Source of the DNA: Dictyostelium discoideum
Taxonomy: Eukaryota
Direction of reading: 5' to 3'
Length of the DNA stretch: 64,000 nt
NCBI GenBank assembly: GCA_000004695.1
Contig: CM000154.2
Coordinates: forward strand, 192,001 to 256,000
The notes beneath the pieces are model-generated. The model was not told where the DNA came from, searched no databases, and saw only the letters and a list, made by a program, of their open reading frames with translations. The translations under genes were made by a program, and so were the position numbers. This document shows positions 1 to 12,414 of the stretch, piece by piece; positions within the stretch are counted from its first letter, which is position 1, and each line of letters opens with the position of its first letter.

Positions 1-312
1 ACTTCTGATCCAACTTGTGTTGGTGCTCCTGATGGTCAAGTTTACTTATTCTCTAGTTGGGATTTCCAAGGTGAACGTTATGTTTACAATATCTCTCAAG
101 GATATCTCTCTTTACCAGATGGTTTCCGTAACAATATTCAATCATTTGTTAGTGGTGCTGATGTATGCTTTGTAAAATGGTATCCAAGTGAACAATATCA
201 AATCACTGCTGGTGAATCTCACAGAAACTATGCCGCTCTCACTAATTTCGGTCAAAGAATGGATGCAATCATTCCTGGAAATTGTTCAAATATTGTTTGT
301 TCTCCAAAATAA
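1..312 (+). CDS. 3' end (103 codons plus TAA at 310-312) of a protein-coding gene that starts upstream of the window; product unknown (Cys/Trp/Tyr-rich C-terminal domain)
   Basis: Open frame from base 1 ([36 protein letters not shown]...[11 protein letters not shown]) with coding-like composition well above the intergenic AT level. AT-rich 3' flank follows the stop. Confidence 0.45.
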   Translation, partial: TSDPTCVGAPDGQVYLFSSWDFQGERYVYNISQGYLSLPDGFRNNIQSFVSGADVCFVKWYPSEQYQITAGESHRNYAALTNFGQRMDAIIPGNCSNIVCSPK

Positions 313-609
313 TTTGATTACAAATTAATAACAAAAGTTTCACTTTCGATTGTTTCAATTTTAAAAAATAAACTTTAATTCTCACCATTTGATAAAATAA
401 TTTTTTTTTTTTTTTTTATTTCTTTTAAAATTTCATACCTATTGTAGAATCTCTCTTTGTGTTTATCTAACAATTGCTAAAAAAATAAAAAAATAAAAAA
501 TTTTTTTTTTAGTTTTAAAAAGTTAATAATTTTATTAATTGGTTTATAATTAAATAATCTTTTTTATTATTTTAATTTTATTATTATTTTTTTTATTATT
601 ATTTTAATT

Positions 610-3600
610 TTATAAATTTTCAGAAGAAGCTTCATATAATGGATTGATAGCAGATCTACCACTTTCTTCATACATTGGATTTGTAGAGACAGCACCATCA
701 GCAAAAGCTCCTTCACCAAAGAATGCATCTGTTGGTGGAGCAGATTTCTTTAATAAGAACCAAGCACCAGCGGCAAGTAAACCTGCACCAGCGGCAGCAC
801 CAGCAATTGCACCAGTTAATACTGTTTTATTATTATTTTCTTTGGTGGTAGTAACTTCAGGTTTTGTTACATCCAATTCAACATAATCAGTTGCAGTCAT
901 ATGATTTTTATCTCTAATTGATGCTGGTGAACTATAACCTAAATCATTAACGAATACTTTGAGACGATAAGAACCACCACCTTGGTGATTTACATACATT
1001 GTGGAAATTAAAGCATTGAGTGTCTTTTTATTTGATCTACAAGTGAATTGAGCGAATTCAGAATGTTTGGTGCATTTTGCTTTACTTTGTTGAGATAAAG
1101 AGAATGTTGCAATTTTATTTGAAACTAAATCGCCATCCTTGTTAACCAATGAGAGAATTAATTCAACATCATTATATTTACTGTCTGGATCATCAAATGA
1201 GACACCTGTAACAACGATTGAAGTATTGGCGAGTGAAGTATAGTTTTTATTTTCAATGGTAATGAATGGTGGAATATTCTTTTTTGAAACATCAACTGCA
1301 ACTGTGACTGGAACAGAGATATCACCCAAGAAATCTACCATTGAAATTGGAATACGAACATAACCATCACCAGATGAACCTGGAGTTGGTACAAAAACGA
1401 TATACCAAAAACCATCTTGAGCTACAGGAACAAATGTATCATCCTTTTTTATTAATTTACCCAAACCATCCTTAGCATCTTTATCATAGACATAGAGTAA
1501 ACCACGAAGTGGAGGACTGACAATATAAGATTTTAATTTTTCTTTTGGATCGTCAATATCAGTGCCATCATATTTAATAATGACATAAGAGTTAGTTTCC
1601 ATTTTAACAGTCTTAAATTTATCGAATGCTATAACATTATTTGGTAGAGTTGAAAGAGTATGTTCAATTAAGATGACCTCTGGTGCTTGATTTACTGGGA
1701 TAACATTGATGATAATGGTATATTTTTGGGATTCAACTTCTTGACCATTAAATTTATCATAGAGTACAAATTCAATAATGGCATAATTATCACCATTTTC
1801 ATATTCAATTGGTGTAAAACTAAAGGTATATGGTTGAGATGTGAAGTTTATGTTAATATCAACTGGATTTGGTTCAGACATACAACCTTCAGTACCCATA
1901 CAATGAGTGGCATATAATGAACCCCTGGAAACGATCGATTTAATTCTTAGGAAAACATTTGAACCACCATTACCAACGATACCAGAAATACTGAATGGAA
2001 GATCAGTATTTTCTTTAGTGTATAAAACAGCTAAACCCTCATAGGTTGGTGGATTTCTTGGTTCAATAAAGAATGAAACAGTACCAATATTTGAAGAGAT
2101 ATCATTTTTACTATCTTTTGCAACAAAATTGAAAGAATCGGCTGGTCCAACATGGCCTGGTTTATCCCAATTGGAATAACCTGCAACTGGAGTATAAACA
2201 AAATCATCAATTGCATAGGTTGAAGAGATTTCAGCTGCTTTTCCTGTTGATTTAATTGTAAGGGTACCTTTTGCTGGAAGGGATCTAATTACAGCCCTAA
2301 CATTTGAATTATCTTCAAGATCGGTGGCTTTTACTGAGAAACTAACGGAACTATCTTGATTTAAGGTTTCATCTGATGATTCTGCTTTTGGTGGAACATT
2401 AATATATCTAAAGGTGATTGGGCCAGTTGCAATATTTGAAACTGCATTACTTGAATCATAACATTTTGCATCGAATGAATCACTGAAATCATTATAGATA
2501 TTATTATTTGAAGTTATGATGTATTTATTATCTGATAAATCAGTTGGTACAGTATCGATTACTTTACCAGCAGAGGTTTTAATAATGGCAGTTGCTGGTA
2601 ATTTAACGATAGTGCAATGGAATACAGTATCTATTAAATCAATATCTTTTGGTGTTAATTCTAAAGTTTTTTCAGAAGTTTGAGAGGTGAAATCATATGG
2701 ATCAATTGAAAGGGTTGGTGCATGATTAACATGTTGGACTGTGATTTGAGTAGTCTTTGGAGTTGCATCTCTCTCACCCATACTATCCTCAACAGTATAA
2801 GAAAAACTATCTGTACCATAGTATAATGGATTTGGTTTATAGAAAATCTTGTATGGTGCATTACCAATAATTGGTGCTTCACTTGTTGAACTACCTGATT
2901 TAACTAAGATAACTCCATTCGTTGGTTTTTGTATTATAATACCTTTAAGTTTACCTTGATCTAATTCATCTGGGTCGATACCATCAATTACCAATTCATT
3001 GGAAATATCATCTTCATTCATTGTGAAATTTGGAATTTGATTTACAACTGGTGGGGCATTTGGACGATCACCATTGATATTGATTAAAACTTTAAATTTA
3101 TCACTAGATAACTGGCCATCATTGGCAAAGAATACTAAACTTGCATATGAATTTGCATTTACGAGTGGGGATGAATAACAGATTTCAGAGAATGATGCTA
3201 CACCACCAGAAATTGAAACTGGTTGGGTTGTAAATGGTGCGGTGAGTTGTGATCTATCATCACATTTAAAGAAACTATCACCTCCACCCAATTTGAGGTC
3301 GTCTAAAGTAAAAATAACACTATCAGAGTCGGAATCAGAGGCTGAAATAGTAATTTTAAGTTCTGAATTTTGTCTAATTGTAAGTGGTGTTACAGCGAAT
3401 GCAACTGGTGGTTTATTGAAATGAACAAATTTAACCTTGAAAGAACATGAAGATGAAGAATCTAATGAACCATCATTAACTTTGAAATCAACGGTAATTT
3501 CTTTGTCATTTGCAATATCTTTAGTTTGTGTGAATGTAAGAGATGCAGAACCAGAGGAAAGTTGTACACTTGATCCAGTGGAGACTACATTGCTACCACT

Positions 3601-5225
3601 TTTAATGTTACCATAAGCTGAAATAGCAGTTAAGTCACCAAATACAATTTTTAAATTTGAATCGGTTTCAATATCACTACCTTGTAATGAGAAAGATTTT
3701 GGTGTATTTAATCCAGTAACTGAAATTGCAGAACCTGAAAGACTTGAACAAGATGGTGCTTGATTTACATGGGTAATTTTAATTTCAACGGTTGCTTCAT
3801 TACTATCTAAACAACCATCATTAGCTACAAATGTAAATTTATCATTGGTAGATTTAGTGTAATAATTGGTGGCTGGTTTAAAGGTAAAGGTTTTTTCAAT
3901 TGAGAATGAATCACCTTGTTCAATGGTTACACCATCAGCTTGAATTACACCAACAGATGCGGCTGGAATAGTTTTAAATTTAATAGTTAAAGTATTTCCA
4001 TCAACATCACTACCTGATAATTTAAAGTTATAGTTTACATTTTGTTTGGTTTCAATTGAATAGCCTAAAGCAGTTGGAGCACTATTATAGTTGATAACAA
4101 TTCTAGTTATACCAAAACCTACAACAGAGTAAGATACAGATGGGTTTTGAGGAATATCTGATTGACCTTGTGGATATTTGATTTGAATTGGAATAGTGTA
4201 ATCTTTTGAATCTTCGATACTAATTGTAGTTGCTGATGGAAGTGTTAAAAATCCTTTGGTATCATCGATTGCTTTAACAACTGCTTTGCTTAAAACATCC
4301 TTGATAGCACTAGTAGCTACTGATACCCAGTCATTACCTTTAGCGTTTGAAGTTTTTTTAGTTGAACCAAAGCCTTGGTTTTTGAAAAGGGTATCCCAAT
4401 TTTGATTATCATTAAAACTAACAACAACTGGTAAAATGGATTTACTGATTAAAGTGGATGTAAATTTAGAAACTTCTTGAGCAGTGGCTGAATAATCATT
4501 ATCAGTTAAAAGAACAATGATTTTAATTGAACCTGTGCTCCAACCAGCTGGAAATTCTGCAGCACTTGTAAGTGCAATGAGTGAATTTTTAGTAGAGTAC
4601 GATGAAGCAGGTGCTTTATCTTTATCATCCAAACCACTAAGACCATTACCAATTGATTTCTTTAAAACGAATGAATAACCATTGGTTTTGGCATCTGAGA
4701 ATAAACCTAAACCAATTGAAACAGTTTCACTAATATCTTGGAGGTTTTTAGTTAAATCAGATGAATACTTTTTAAAATTATCCCAATATTCAACGATACT
4801 TGGTTGAGAATCAACAAGAACCAAAACTTCAAATTTATCAATTGTTTCTGGAATACTAAGTTTAGATGAAAGAGTTAAAGCTTGTTTTGATGGATCGGTA
4901 TTTAAGTAAACTTGAGCAAAGTTTGGATTGATATAACTTGATTTAGCTACTGATGAATCGAGAACAACATTTTCTTTGTTTGCATTACAAACTTGGTTAA
5001 CTTTAATATCACAATTTTTACCTTCCCAACCATAGTAGCATGTACATTTACCATTACCTTGGCTGCCTTCATTGGACTCACCATTTACACATGGATCTAC
5101 TGGGTCACATTTTTCACCATAATGTCCTTTTAAACATTCATAACAATTCTTTTCTGGATCCCAACCTGTTTCACAATTACAACCACCACCTGGTTTATTA
5201 GTACCATGACCACAAATTGGTTTTT
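610..5225 (-). CDS. Terminal exon of a Sib-like (similar to integrin beta) type I membrane adhesion receptor. Contains EGF-like Cys-rich repeats, a VWA-like domain, many Ig/cadherin-like repeats, a Gly/Ala-rich TM helix and a cytoplasmic tail with two NPxY motifs
   Basis: The ORF-track 'M' at 4824 is TTG; the frame stays open upstream to acceptor AG at 5226-5227 (exon starts 5225: KPICGHGTNKPGGGCNCETGW...CYECLKGHYGEKC...CTCYYGWEGKNC). VWA-like segment: VLVLVDSQPS...IKIIVLLTDNDYSATAQ. TM: LTGAIAGAAAGAGLLAAGAWFLL. Tail: NPMYEESGRSAINPLYEASSENL*. Stop at 610-612. Confidence 0.6.
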
Positions 5226-5228
5226 CTA

Positions 5229-5272
<44 letters not shown>

Positions 5273-5337
5273 AAGTGTTAATATTTTCTAAGATATAAAA
5301 AAAAAAAAATAAAAGTATTTAAATATAAAATTCTTAC

Positions 5338-6307
5338 CAACTGAAATTGAAAAAGAAGTAATAGTTGAGACTAAACCCTTATTATCAGTACAATAAGCTG
5401 AAATAACATAAACACCAATATGTTTTAATTGTGGTAACATTGAATAAGTAAGAGTTGAAACTTGTTTATTTTGATCTGATGAAGTAAGAGTAGCAGCAAG
5501 TGGAATATTTGCAGGTTGAATAAATACAGTTTTAGATTTTTCTTCAGTTTTACATTGAATTGAAAAAGAATTTGTTTTGTTTACTTCATATGCAAGGAGA
5601 GAACCATCTGTCGGAGTTGGTGGATAAACAAAAACTGGTGGGAAAGAAGAACAAGTGTTACCGTTTGAGTCTGTTCCTTTACATGATTTACAGCCCGAGT
5701 TACCATTGCAAGTATTTCCACCATTGCTACAAGATGGATGACAAACACCTGGCTCTATGACTGAATTAATGAGGAAATCAACTACAACGTAAGCACCCTT
5801 GGTATCTTTGATCATAATTTGAGTAGAATAAAAACCAGAAACGGTTGGTTTAAATGATACTATGCCTTTGCTGCTATCGATACTTAAACCTGATGGTTGG
5901 TTCATGGTGTAGGCATTACTGAGAGAATATGTGAGTGTATCACCATTTGGATCAGATGCTGCGATAAGGAATTGATTATTTTTATCTCTATTTAAAGTGA
6001 TAATTGGGACCATACCTGAAACTGGTGAACGATTGAAAGTAGATACATCACTACCTTGATTTGGATCAACAACCACTGATGTGGAAATATACCAACTACC
6101 TTCTGCATTGTTTAACAATGATTTAATTCTGCAACAATCAGTAAAGACTACTTTATATGTGACGGCTTTTCCACCTAATTTTATTGGGTTATAAGTGTGT
6201 GTGTATGAAAACTCTCCGGTAAACCAATCATCGGCCTGATTAACTGATGTTACTACTAAATTAACATCAACTTTAGTTTTATCATCTCCAAGGTCCAAAT
6301 CACCCAC
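5338..6307 (-). CDS. Upstream exon of the same Sib-like gene (cadherin-like DPNGDTLTYSL repeat plus Cys-rich segment). The true 5' boundary is an unresolved acceptor between 6308 and 6397, and the N-terminal signal-peptide exon was not found
   Basis: ORF 5288..6307 ('M' is GTG; frame open upstream to stop at 6398-6400). Donor G|GTAAGA at 5337/5336; 112-bp intron 5226..5337 containing a 34-nt poly(A) run. Phase 1 (G + AA = Glu) joins in frame to the exon starting at 5225. Confidence 0.55.
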
Positions 6308-6398
6308 TTTAACAACATCACCAACATTGCACCCTTTGTTAAATTTTTTGAAAAAACCTATACGAAATGCATAATTTGAAGAAAATTTTATAGTATTC

Positions 6399-6400
<2 letters not shown>

Positions 6401-6472
<72 letters not shown>
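6401..6472. repeat. (TAA)24 microsatellite in the intron 5' of the Sib-like exon
   Basis: Perfect trinucleotide array visible in the sequence. Confidence 0.9.
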
Positions 6473-6473
<1 letters not shown>

Positions 6474-6857
6474 TAGGATAAATATTATTTTTTTAAAGAA
6501 TTAATTTATAAATAGGTAATTTTAAAAGATACATTACATGTGATCCCATTGGCATCCATGACATAGTACCAAAACGGAAATGTGTTGCTATTCAAATAGA
6601 AAAGGTTGTTTACATGGTTAGTTAAATTAATTTAAGAAAAATAAAATGAAAAAATAAATAAAAGAAAGGAAGGAGGAAAAAAAAAAAAAAAATGAGGAAA
6701 AAGAAGGAATAAGAATTTGTTTTATTTTTTTAAAAAAAATATTTTTTATTTTATTTTATTTTTTTTTTTTTTACTATTATTTTTATTTTTTTTTTACTAT
6801 TTTTTTTTTTTTACTATTTCCTATTTTCAAGTCTGAAAAAGCCATTTTTTTTTTTTT

Positions 6858-6896
<39 letters not shown>

Positions 6897-7072
6897 CAAA
6901 CCGTGTACAAAAATATTTAAAAATAACAACCCTTTCCCAACTTTAAATAAACTTTTAAACCAAATAAATAAAGGTTAAAATTCTATCCATTTTTTTTTTT
7001 TTTTTTTTTATTTAATAAAAAAAAATTAAAACAAAAATAAAAGTTTTTTAAAGAAATAATAGTACAAATAAA

Positions 7073-7115
<43 letters not shown>

Positions 7116-7500
7116 AAAAAAAGAAGAAAAAAAAAAAAAAAAGAAAAAGAGAAAAAAAAAAAAAGAAAAAAAGAAAAAAAAAGAAAAAAAAAATCACAAA
7201 TAACCACGCGGTTTGGTTGTTTTTTTTTGATTGTTGTCCTCCAATCAAAACTATTTTTTTTGATTTTCAAAAAAAAAAAAAAAAAAAAGTAAAAAAAAAA
7301 TTTAAAAAAAAAAAAGAAAATGAATAGAATTTTATTGGTGTCAAGATATGTAAAATTTTAATTAAATAAAAACAAAGCTTTAGATTTTTATCTTTATAAT
7401 TAAAGATTTTATATTCTTTTTTTTTTTTTTTTTTTTTTTATTTTTTTAAAAATAATTTTATTTCATCTTTTAATTTTTTTTTCTTTATTTTTATTTGTAC

Positions 7501-7550
<50 letters not shown>
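7501..7550. repeat. About 50-nt poly(T) homopolymer, typical of a Dictyostelium intergenic AT desert
   Basis: Visible homopolymer; similar runs occur at 5236-5270 (poly A), 20534-20577, 6842-6896 and 25201-25235. Confidence 0.9.
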
Positions 7551-7756
7551 CTTATAAAATTCAAATAAGGTGTACAATTTTGTGATTTTCGGCAATTAAA
7601 AACAAAAAAAAGTGACACCTCGTTGCTAAATTTTTAAAATATTTTTTTTTGTTTTTTTTTTTGAAATATTTTTTTTTTTTTTTTTTTTTTTTGGTTCGCT
7701 TTACATATCTGGTGGGGATTTTTTTTTTATTTATTTTTTTTATTTTTTTTTTTATT

Positions 7757-10700
7757 TTAATTGTCATAAATAAATTTTATGTTATCCAAAAATAATGATG
7801 GTTGATTTAATTCTAAAGAGTTAATAATTGATAATCCATCAAAAGATGAAATGAGATGGATATGATTTTCAGGTAAAAGATTTTTTAAATTTTCAAATAA
7901 AATCCTGACCAAAACCCACGAGTTTTTTTTAAAATAATTTTTATCAATTGCAAAGGGCTGAGATTTTAATTGATTGGAATTGATAGAATAAAAAAGTTGG
8001 ATTGAAATTCTTTGATTTGAGTTTCTATTACCATTGACCCAAATTTCAAAATATTTTATACCAACCGACGGTATGCAATGGTTACATTTAAATTGAATTT
8101 GAGATTTTGAGGTTGGATGATAGGGAAGGTATGCATTACCACGATATGCATATTCACTATTATGGATTATTGATTTATCCATTTGAAATGAATTTTCAAA
8201 TTTTCTATTCACCACTTCATCGAATAGAGTGAAACTACTTCCATATGCCAATGATTGACAATCACCTGTTACTCTACCACTATTTTTACCACTAATTTTT
8301 ATAACCAACTCTTCACAACCATATTCTGGGCAATAATTTAAATGATCTTTTGAATTGTATTGATAATACATTATATAGAGCATTGATGTAATTTCATTGA
8401 AATAATAAGTTGATTCTGAAATTAAATTCATTGAAAATGTTGGATATAATTCTTCAACAAAATTACTATTACCATAGGTACCATTAACAGTTTTCAATAC
8501 CTTCAAATTTATTCCTTTTGAAATACCAATACATATACCAAATGTAAATTTCTCACTTTGTTTCCAATTCATTGGTTGAACCCTAAGTATTGGTGGTGTT
8601 GGATGATTTGGGAAATGAAAATCATAATGATGATTTTTAAAAACTAAAAATTGAAATCTATTTCTTGGTGAGTGATTTGGTAAACCAATTTGTTCAATTT
8701 TTTGATTTTCAATATTATCTCTAATTGCAACAACACTTGATGATAATGATAGATAATTTGTAGAGTTTGTATCATCATTACATATATAAATTTGTCTTGT
8801 ATCTTCTTTACAAATTAATGCGTCCCATGGTTTTTTATAATAGCAATTATTTGTTGAATAGAATAATAAATTTCTAACTAAAATTGAATTTGATAATTTT
8901 GTAGTACTACCATCTAAATCTCTTAATGTTGAAATTTTATCACCATCCATTAAACTTTGTTCAAAATGAATTTCTTTATCAACATTTATATATTTTATAT
9001 TTTTTATAGTTGTTTCACTTGATGATTGCCAATCGTTAAATCTTAAGAAACCAATTGCACTTGAATTTCTAAATAGTGGTGGTAAACTTTTAAATTCTGA
9101 GAATACCATTGAATCTAGTGAAATTGTACCATCATAAATTTCAAATCCTCTTATTGGCATTAACCCATTCTCACCATATGGATTGGTCCTACCATTAACA
9201 ATTGGAATATTATTTGATTGCTGACCAATATTATCACTCTCACCAACTATTAAAGATTTATAAATATATTGACCAACATTTTGGTCTCCAGGAATTGTAC
9301 CTTCACTTGCAAATGTAAAACCAATTGCATTGTCAGCAATTTTAAAATTTTTCATAAATAAAAATCCACCCCTTGCCCAACAACCTCTCCATTTATTTTT
9401 ATAAATTGTTGCACCATTAAATATTGAAGGTGAGGGTTTTGAATTTGGATTTTTAGGATTTGATCTTGGTTTATATCTTGCATTTATCATTGAATTTAAT
9501 TGTTGAGGTTGAGTTTTACTTGGCGGAGTTAATTTAACACCACCATCAATTTGAATACCATTTGTGCACGAATGAACATTATTATTATAAAATTTCTTTA
9601 CAGGTATTAAATAAGGTTTAATATTATATTTTATACCTCTTTCATGACTTAAACCACTTGGATAATCCGAAAATAAATACCAAATACCGGTTGAATCAGA
9701 ACCCGATGCAACATTATCAATTAAGGTATTCCAAGGATTTGATATCCAAAAGGTTGAAACTGCATTACATTCTGTGCATTGTGTTGGATTACCATTGAAA
9801 TCATTTGGTTGAATTCTAGAACACATATCACATGATCTGTCATGAGGAAATAATAAACCATATCTAGTGACAGCACCTAAATTATGAGAGAATACATTAT
9901 CCATTTCAATACCATCACATAACATATAGCAATGACCAATTGAATCGAATCCAATATTATCATGAATTAATAATCCATCAGTGGAATGAACGACATAACA
10001 TCTTGAAAAAGATTTATGTACTGAACAATGTTTAATATATGCTGGATTTTCATAGCCACCCAATTCATCTACTCTATCACAAAGATGAAAATGAATTGGA
10101 TATCTAGAAACTACATGTGATTGTCCAACATTAAATAATTCAATGCCAAAGAAATGTGCATTTACAAAACCTTTTCGAATCATTATATGAGCACCAAATG
10201 AATCAAATGGAAAGAAATCACAAACTAATTTATTATTTACACAAGTTTTACCAACTTGTCCTTGAATTTTAATATTTCTAGTTAACAATGCAACTTCAGC
10301 TCTTTCATCAACACCTTTTGTAATTGAACCCCAATGAAGATATTTTATTGGATTTTTTAATTTAATTTGATTTGTTTTACATGTTGAACATTTAACAATA
10401 AAATTGGTTTCACTCTGTTCCATATCATAATCTGTACTTGTTATTAATATCTCTGATCCAATTGGCCAATCATTGACATTATCCAATAATGTTAAAATGT
10501 TTTTATTTGAATTAAAAGTTGATGGTGAAATTGTAGAGATTAATTTTGTCCAAGTTGTTTTAGTCACTTCACTATGAAGTTCAATTGTACCACCATTATC
10601 AATACCAATTACTTTTTGACCATATTCATTACCATTAATTGTTTGATTTATTTCAGTATAAATTGAATCACCAATTAGAGTTATTGTTGCTTTATATTTG

Positions 10701-11056
10701 AATTTACATTGTTCACTTCCAATAATTAGTTGACCACCATCATAAATAAGTATTGCTTTTACTCTCAATTCTAAATTATTTATATGCTTCCATACTAACA
10801 TTCCTTTATCAAAAATCCTAATAACATCTAAATCTGGTGGTTTAATATCCATTAAAATCGGTGTTGTAATATTAATTGATTCTCCTTTAATTGGTAATTT
10901 CAATTTTTTCCAACTTTTATAATTTGACCATTTTTTTAAATTTGGAATTTCATCTGGACATTTAATTAAATTAAAGTTATCATTTCCATCTATAACATAA
11001 TTTTGTATTAATATTAAAAAAATAATTAAAATTAATATTAAATTAAAAGACATCAT
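7757..11056 (-). CDS. Secreted G8-domain plus parallel beta-helix (PbH1) protein, CEMIP/KIAA1199/TMEM2-like; 1099 aa, apparently single exon
   Basis: ATG ATG at 11056 followed by signal peptide (MMSFNLILILIIFLILIQNY). G8-like block ILIYDGGQLIIGSEQCKFKYKATITLIGD...IGIDNGGTIELHS. Beta-helix repeats with RYPIHFHLCD, HDNIGFDSIGHCYML, HNLGAVTRYG. Confidence 0.6.
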   Translation of the reverse strand: MMSFNLILILIIFLILIQNYVIDGNDNFNLIKCPDEIPNLKKWSNYKSWKKLKLPIKGESINITTPILMDIKPPDLDVIRIFDKGMLVWKHINNLELRVKAILIYDGGQLIIGSEQCKFKYKATITLIGDSIYTEINQTINGNEYGQKVIGIDNGGTIELHSEVTKTTWTKLISTISPSTFNSNKNILTLLDNVNDWPIGSEILITSTDYDMEQSETNFIVKCSTCKTNQIKLKNPIKYLHWGSITKGVDERAEVALLTRNIKIQGQVGKTCVNNKLVCDFFPFDSFGAHIMIRKGFVNAHFFGIELFNVGQSHVVSRYPIHFHLCDRVDELGGYENPAYIKHCSVHKSFSRCYVVHSTDGLLIHDNIGFDSIGHCYMLCDGIEMDNVFSHNLGAVTRYGLLFPHDRSCDMCSRIQPNDFNGNPTQCTECNAVSTFWISNPWNTLIDNVASGSDSTGIWYLFSDYPSGLSHERGIKYNIKPYLIPVKKFYNNNVHSCTNGIQIDGGVKLTPPSKTQPQQLNSMINARYKPRSNPKNPNSKPSPSIFNGATIYKNKWRGCWARGGFLFMKNFKIADNAIGFTFASEGTIPGDQNVGQYIYKSLIVGESDNIGQQSNNIPIVNGRTNPYGENGLMPIRGFEIYDGTISLDSMVFSEFKSLPPLFRNSSAIGFLRFNDWQSSSETTIKNIKYINVDKEIHFEQSLMDGDKISTLRDLDGSTTKLSNSILVRNLLFYSTNNCYYKKPWDALICKEDTRQIYICNDDTNSTNYLSLSSSVVAIRDNIENQKIEQIGLPNHSPRNRFQFLVFKNHHYDFHFPNHPTPPILRVQPMNWKQSEKFTFGICIGISKGINLKVLKTVNGTYGNSNFVEELYPTFSMNLISESTYYFNEITSMLYIMYYQYNSKDHLNYCPEYGCEELVIKISGKNSGRVTGDCQSLAYGSSFTLFDEVVNRKFENSFQMDKSIIHNSEYAYRGNAYLPYHPTSKSQIQFKCNHCIPSVGIKYFEIWVNGNRNSNQRISIQLFYSINSNQLKSQPFAIDKNYFKKNSWVLVRILFENLKNLLPENHIHLISSFDGLSIINSLELNQPSLFLDNIKFIYDN

Positions 11057-12022
11057 TTTTTTTAATTAATATTTTACATTTATTTATTTAATTTTATTAT
11101 CATTATTATTATTATTATTTTTTTTTTTTTTTGATAATTTAATAAAAAATTATTTTTAAAAAAAAAAAAAAAAAAAGCAAAATAAAACAAAAATAATTAA
11201 CGATTTTACAAAAAAATGTTTAATATGGGGGTAATTTGTAACAAACGATTATAAAAAAAAAAAAAAATATTAACAGTAAAAGTATGTGTTTTGACAATTT
11301 TTTTTTTTTTATCTTATTTCGTGGTAAATTAATTGGTTATTATAAAAAAATAGAAAATAAAAAATATTTTATATTTATTATTGTTTATTTTAGTTTTTAT
11401 TGATTGTGAATATTTAGGCTTTATTTTTATTTTACCTTTTTATCTATTAATTTTAAAATTAAATAAATTATTAAATTGTAAAAAATATTGCAGGATCTTT
11501 TTTTTTTCTAAAAAAAAAAAAAAAAATGAAAAAAAAAAAAAAAAATTGAAAAAAAAAAAAAAAAAAATATATCCCTATTCCTATTCCCAAAAATATAAAT
11601 TAATAAAAATAAAAGATAATTAAATATTTTATTTTATTCAAGAAGATTCTTTTAAAAATCTTTTTTTTTTTATGTATTGGATAATAAGGGGGTTGTTTAT
11701 AAATTTATATATATTTAGATTTTTTTTTTTTTTTGGAACACCAACCCCCATTATGAGAATTAAAATTTGTGGAAAACTATTAATAAAATGAATAATATTT
11801 TTTTAATTTTTTGTTTTTTGTTAAATTTTTTTTTTTTTAAATGGTATGAACATTCCATACAAAAAAAAAAAAAAGATATTTTTTTTTTTTTTTATTTTTA
11901 AAGTGGTTTGATGGGTTAAATTTAAATTTTTTTATTTTTTTTTTTTTATTATTTTTTTATTTTTTTTTTATTTTGTGTGGAATAAAAAAAAAAAAAAAAA
12001 AAAAAAAAATTATTCAAAAATA

Positions 12023-12332
12023 ATGAAATCAAATAAAACCATTTTTTTAATTTTATTATTTTTAATAAATTTTAATTCAATTTATTCATTCAATTTTAAA
12101 AAAGAAATTAAAATATCAAATGATAAAATAAATTTACCAACTTATAACCCATGGATATTTCAAGATAGATTTAATTTATATTCAATTTTAATCAATTCAA
12201 CCAATATTCCAGTATTTGGCGAAGATAATTCAAATAATTGTTTACATGGTCTTCAATTACAATTTGAATGGCAAAATAGATCAGGAAGATTAGAAATCAA
12301 TCAAGGACATGTAAACACAAAATCTTGGTGGG
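12023..12332 (+). CDS. Exon 1 of a secreted hypothetical protein (signal peptide MKSNKTIFLILLFLINFNSIYS)
   Basis: In-frame ATG at 12023 (the ORF-track start at 11975 is GTG inside a K-run). Donor TGG TGG G|GTATTT at 12333. Confidence 0.5.
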
Positions 12333-12414
12333 GTATTTTTTTATTTTTTCAATTTTTTTTATTTTTAAATAATTATAATAAATAAATTAAAATAATTAAT
12401 AATTATAATTATAG

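Noticed and set aside
644-886. Plus-strand 80-aa ORF (MIADLPLSSYIGF...)
   Set aside because: It lies antisense to the Sib-like terminal exon and mirrors the Gly/Ala-rich TM coding sequence, so it is an antisense artefact.
7048-7767. Minus-strand ORFs 7048..7248, 7079..7270 and 7561..7767 rich in F or K
   Set aside because: They are translations of poly(A)/poly(T) and A/G homopolymer runs in an intergenic AT desert, with no complex coding sequence. The MIGGQQSKKNNQTAW start at 7248 was considered as a Sib-like 5' exon but has no convincing donor or signal peptide.
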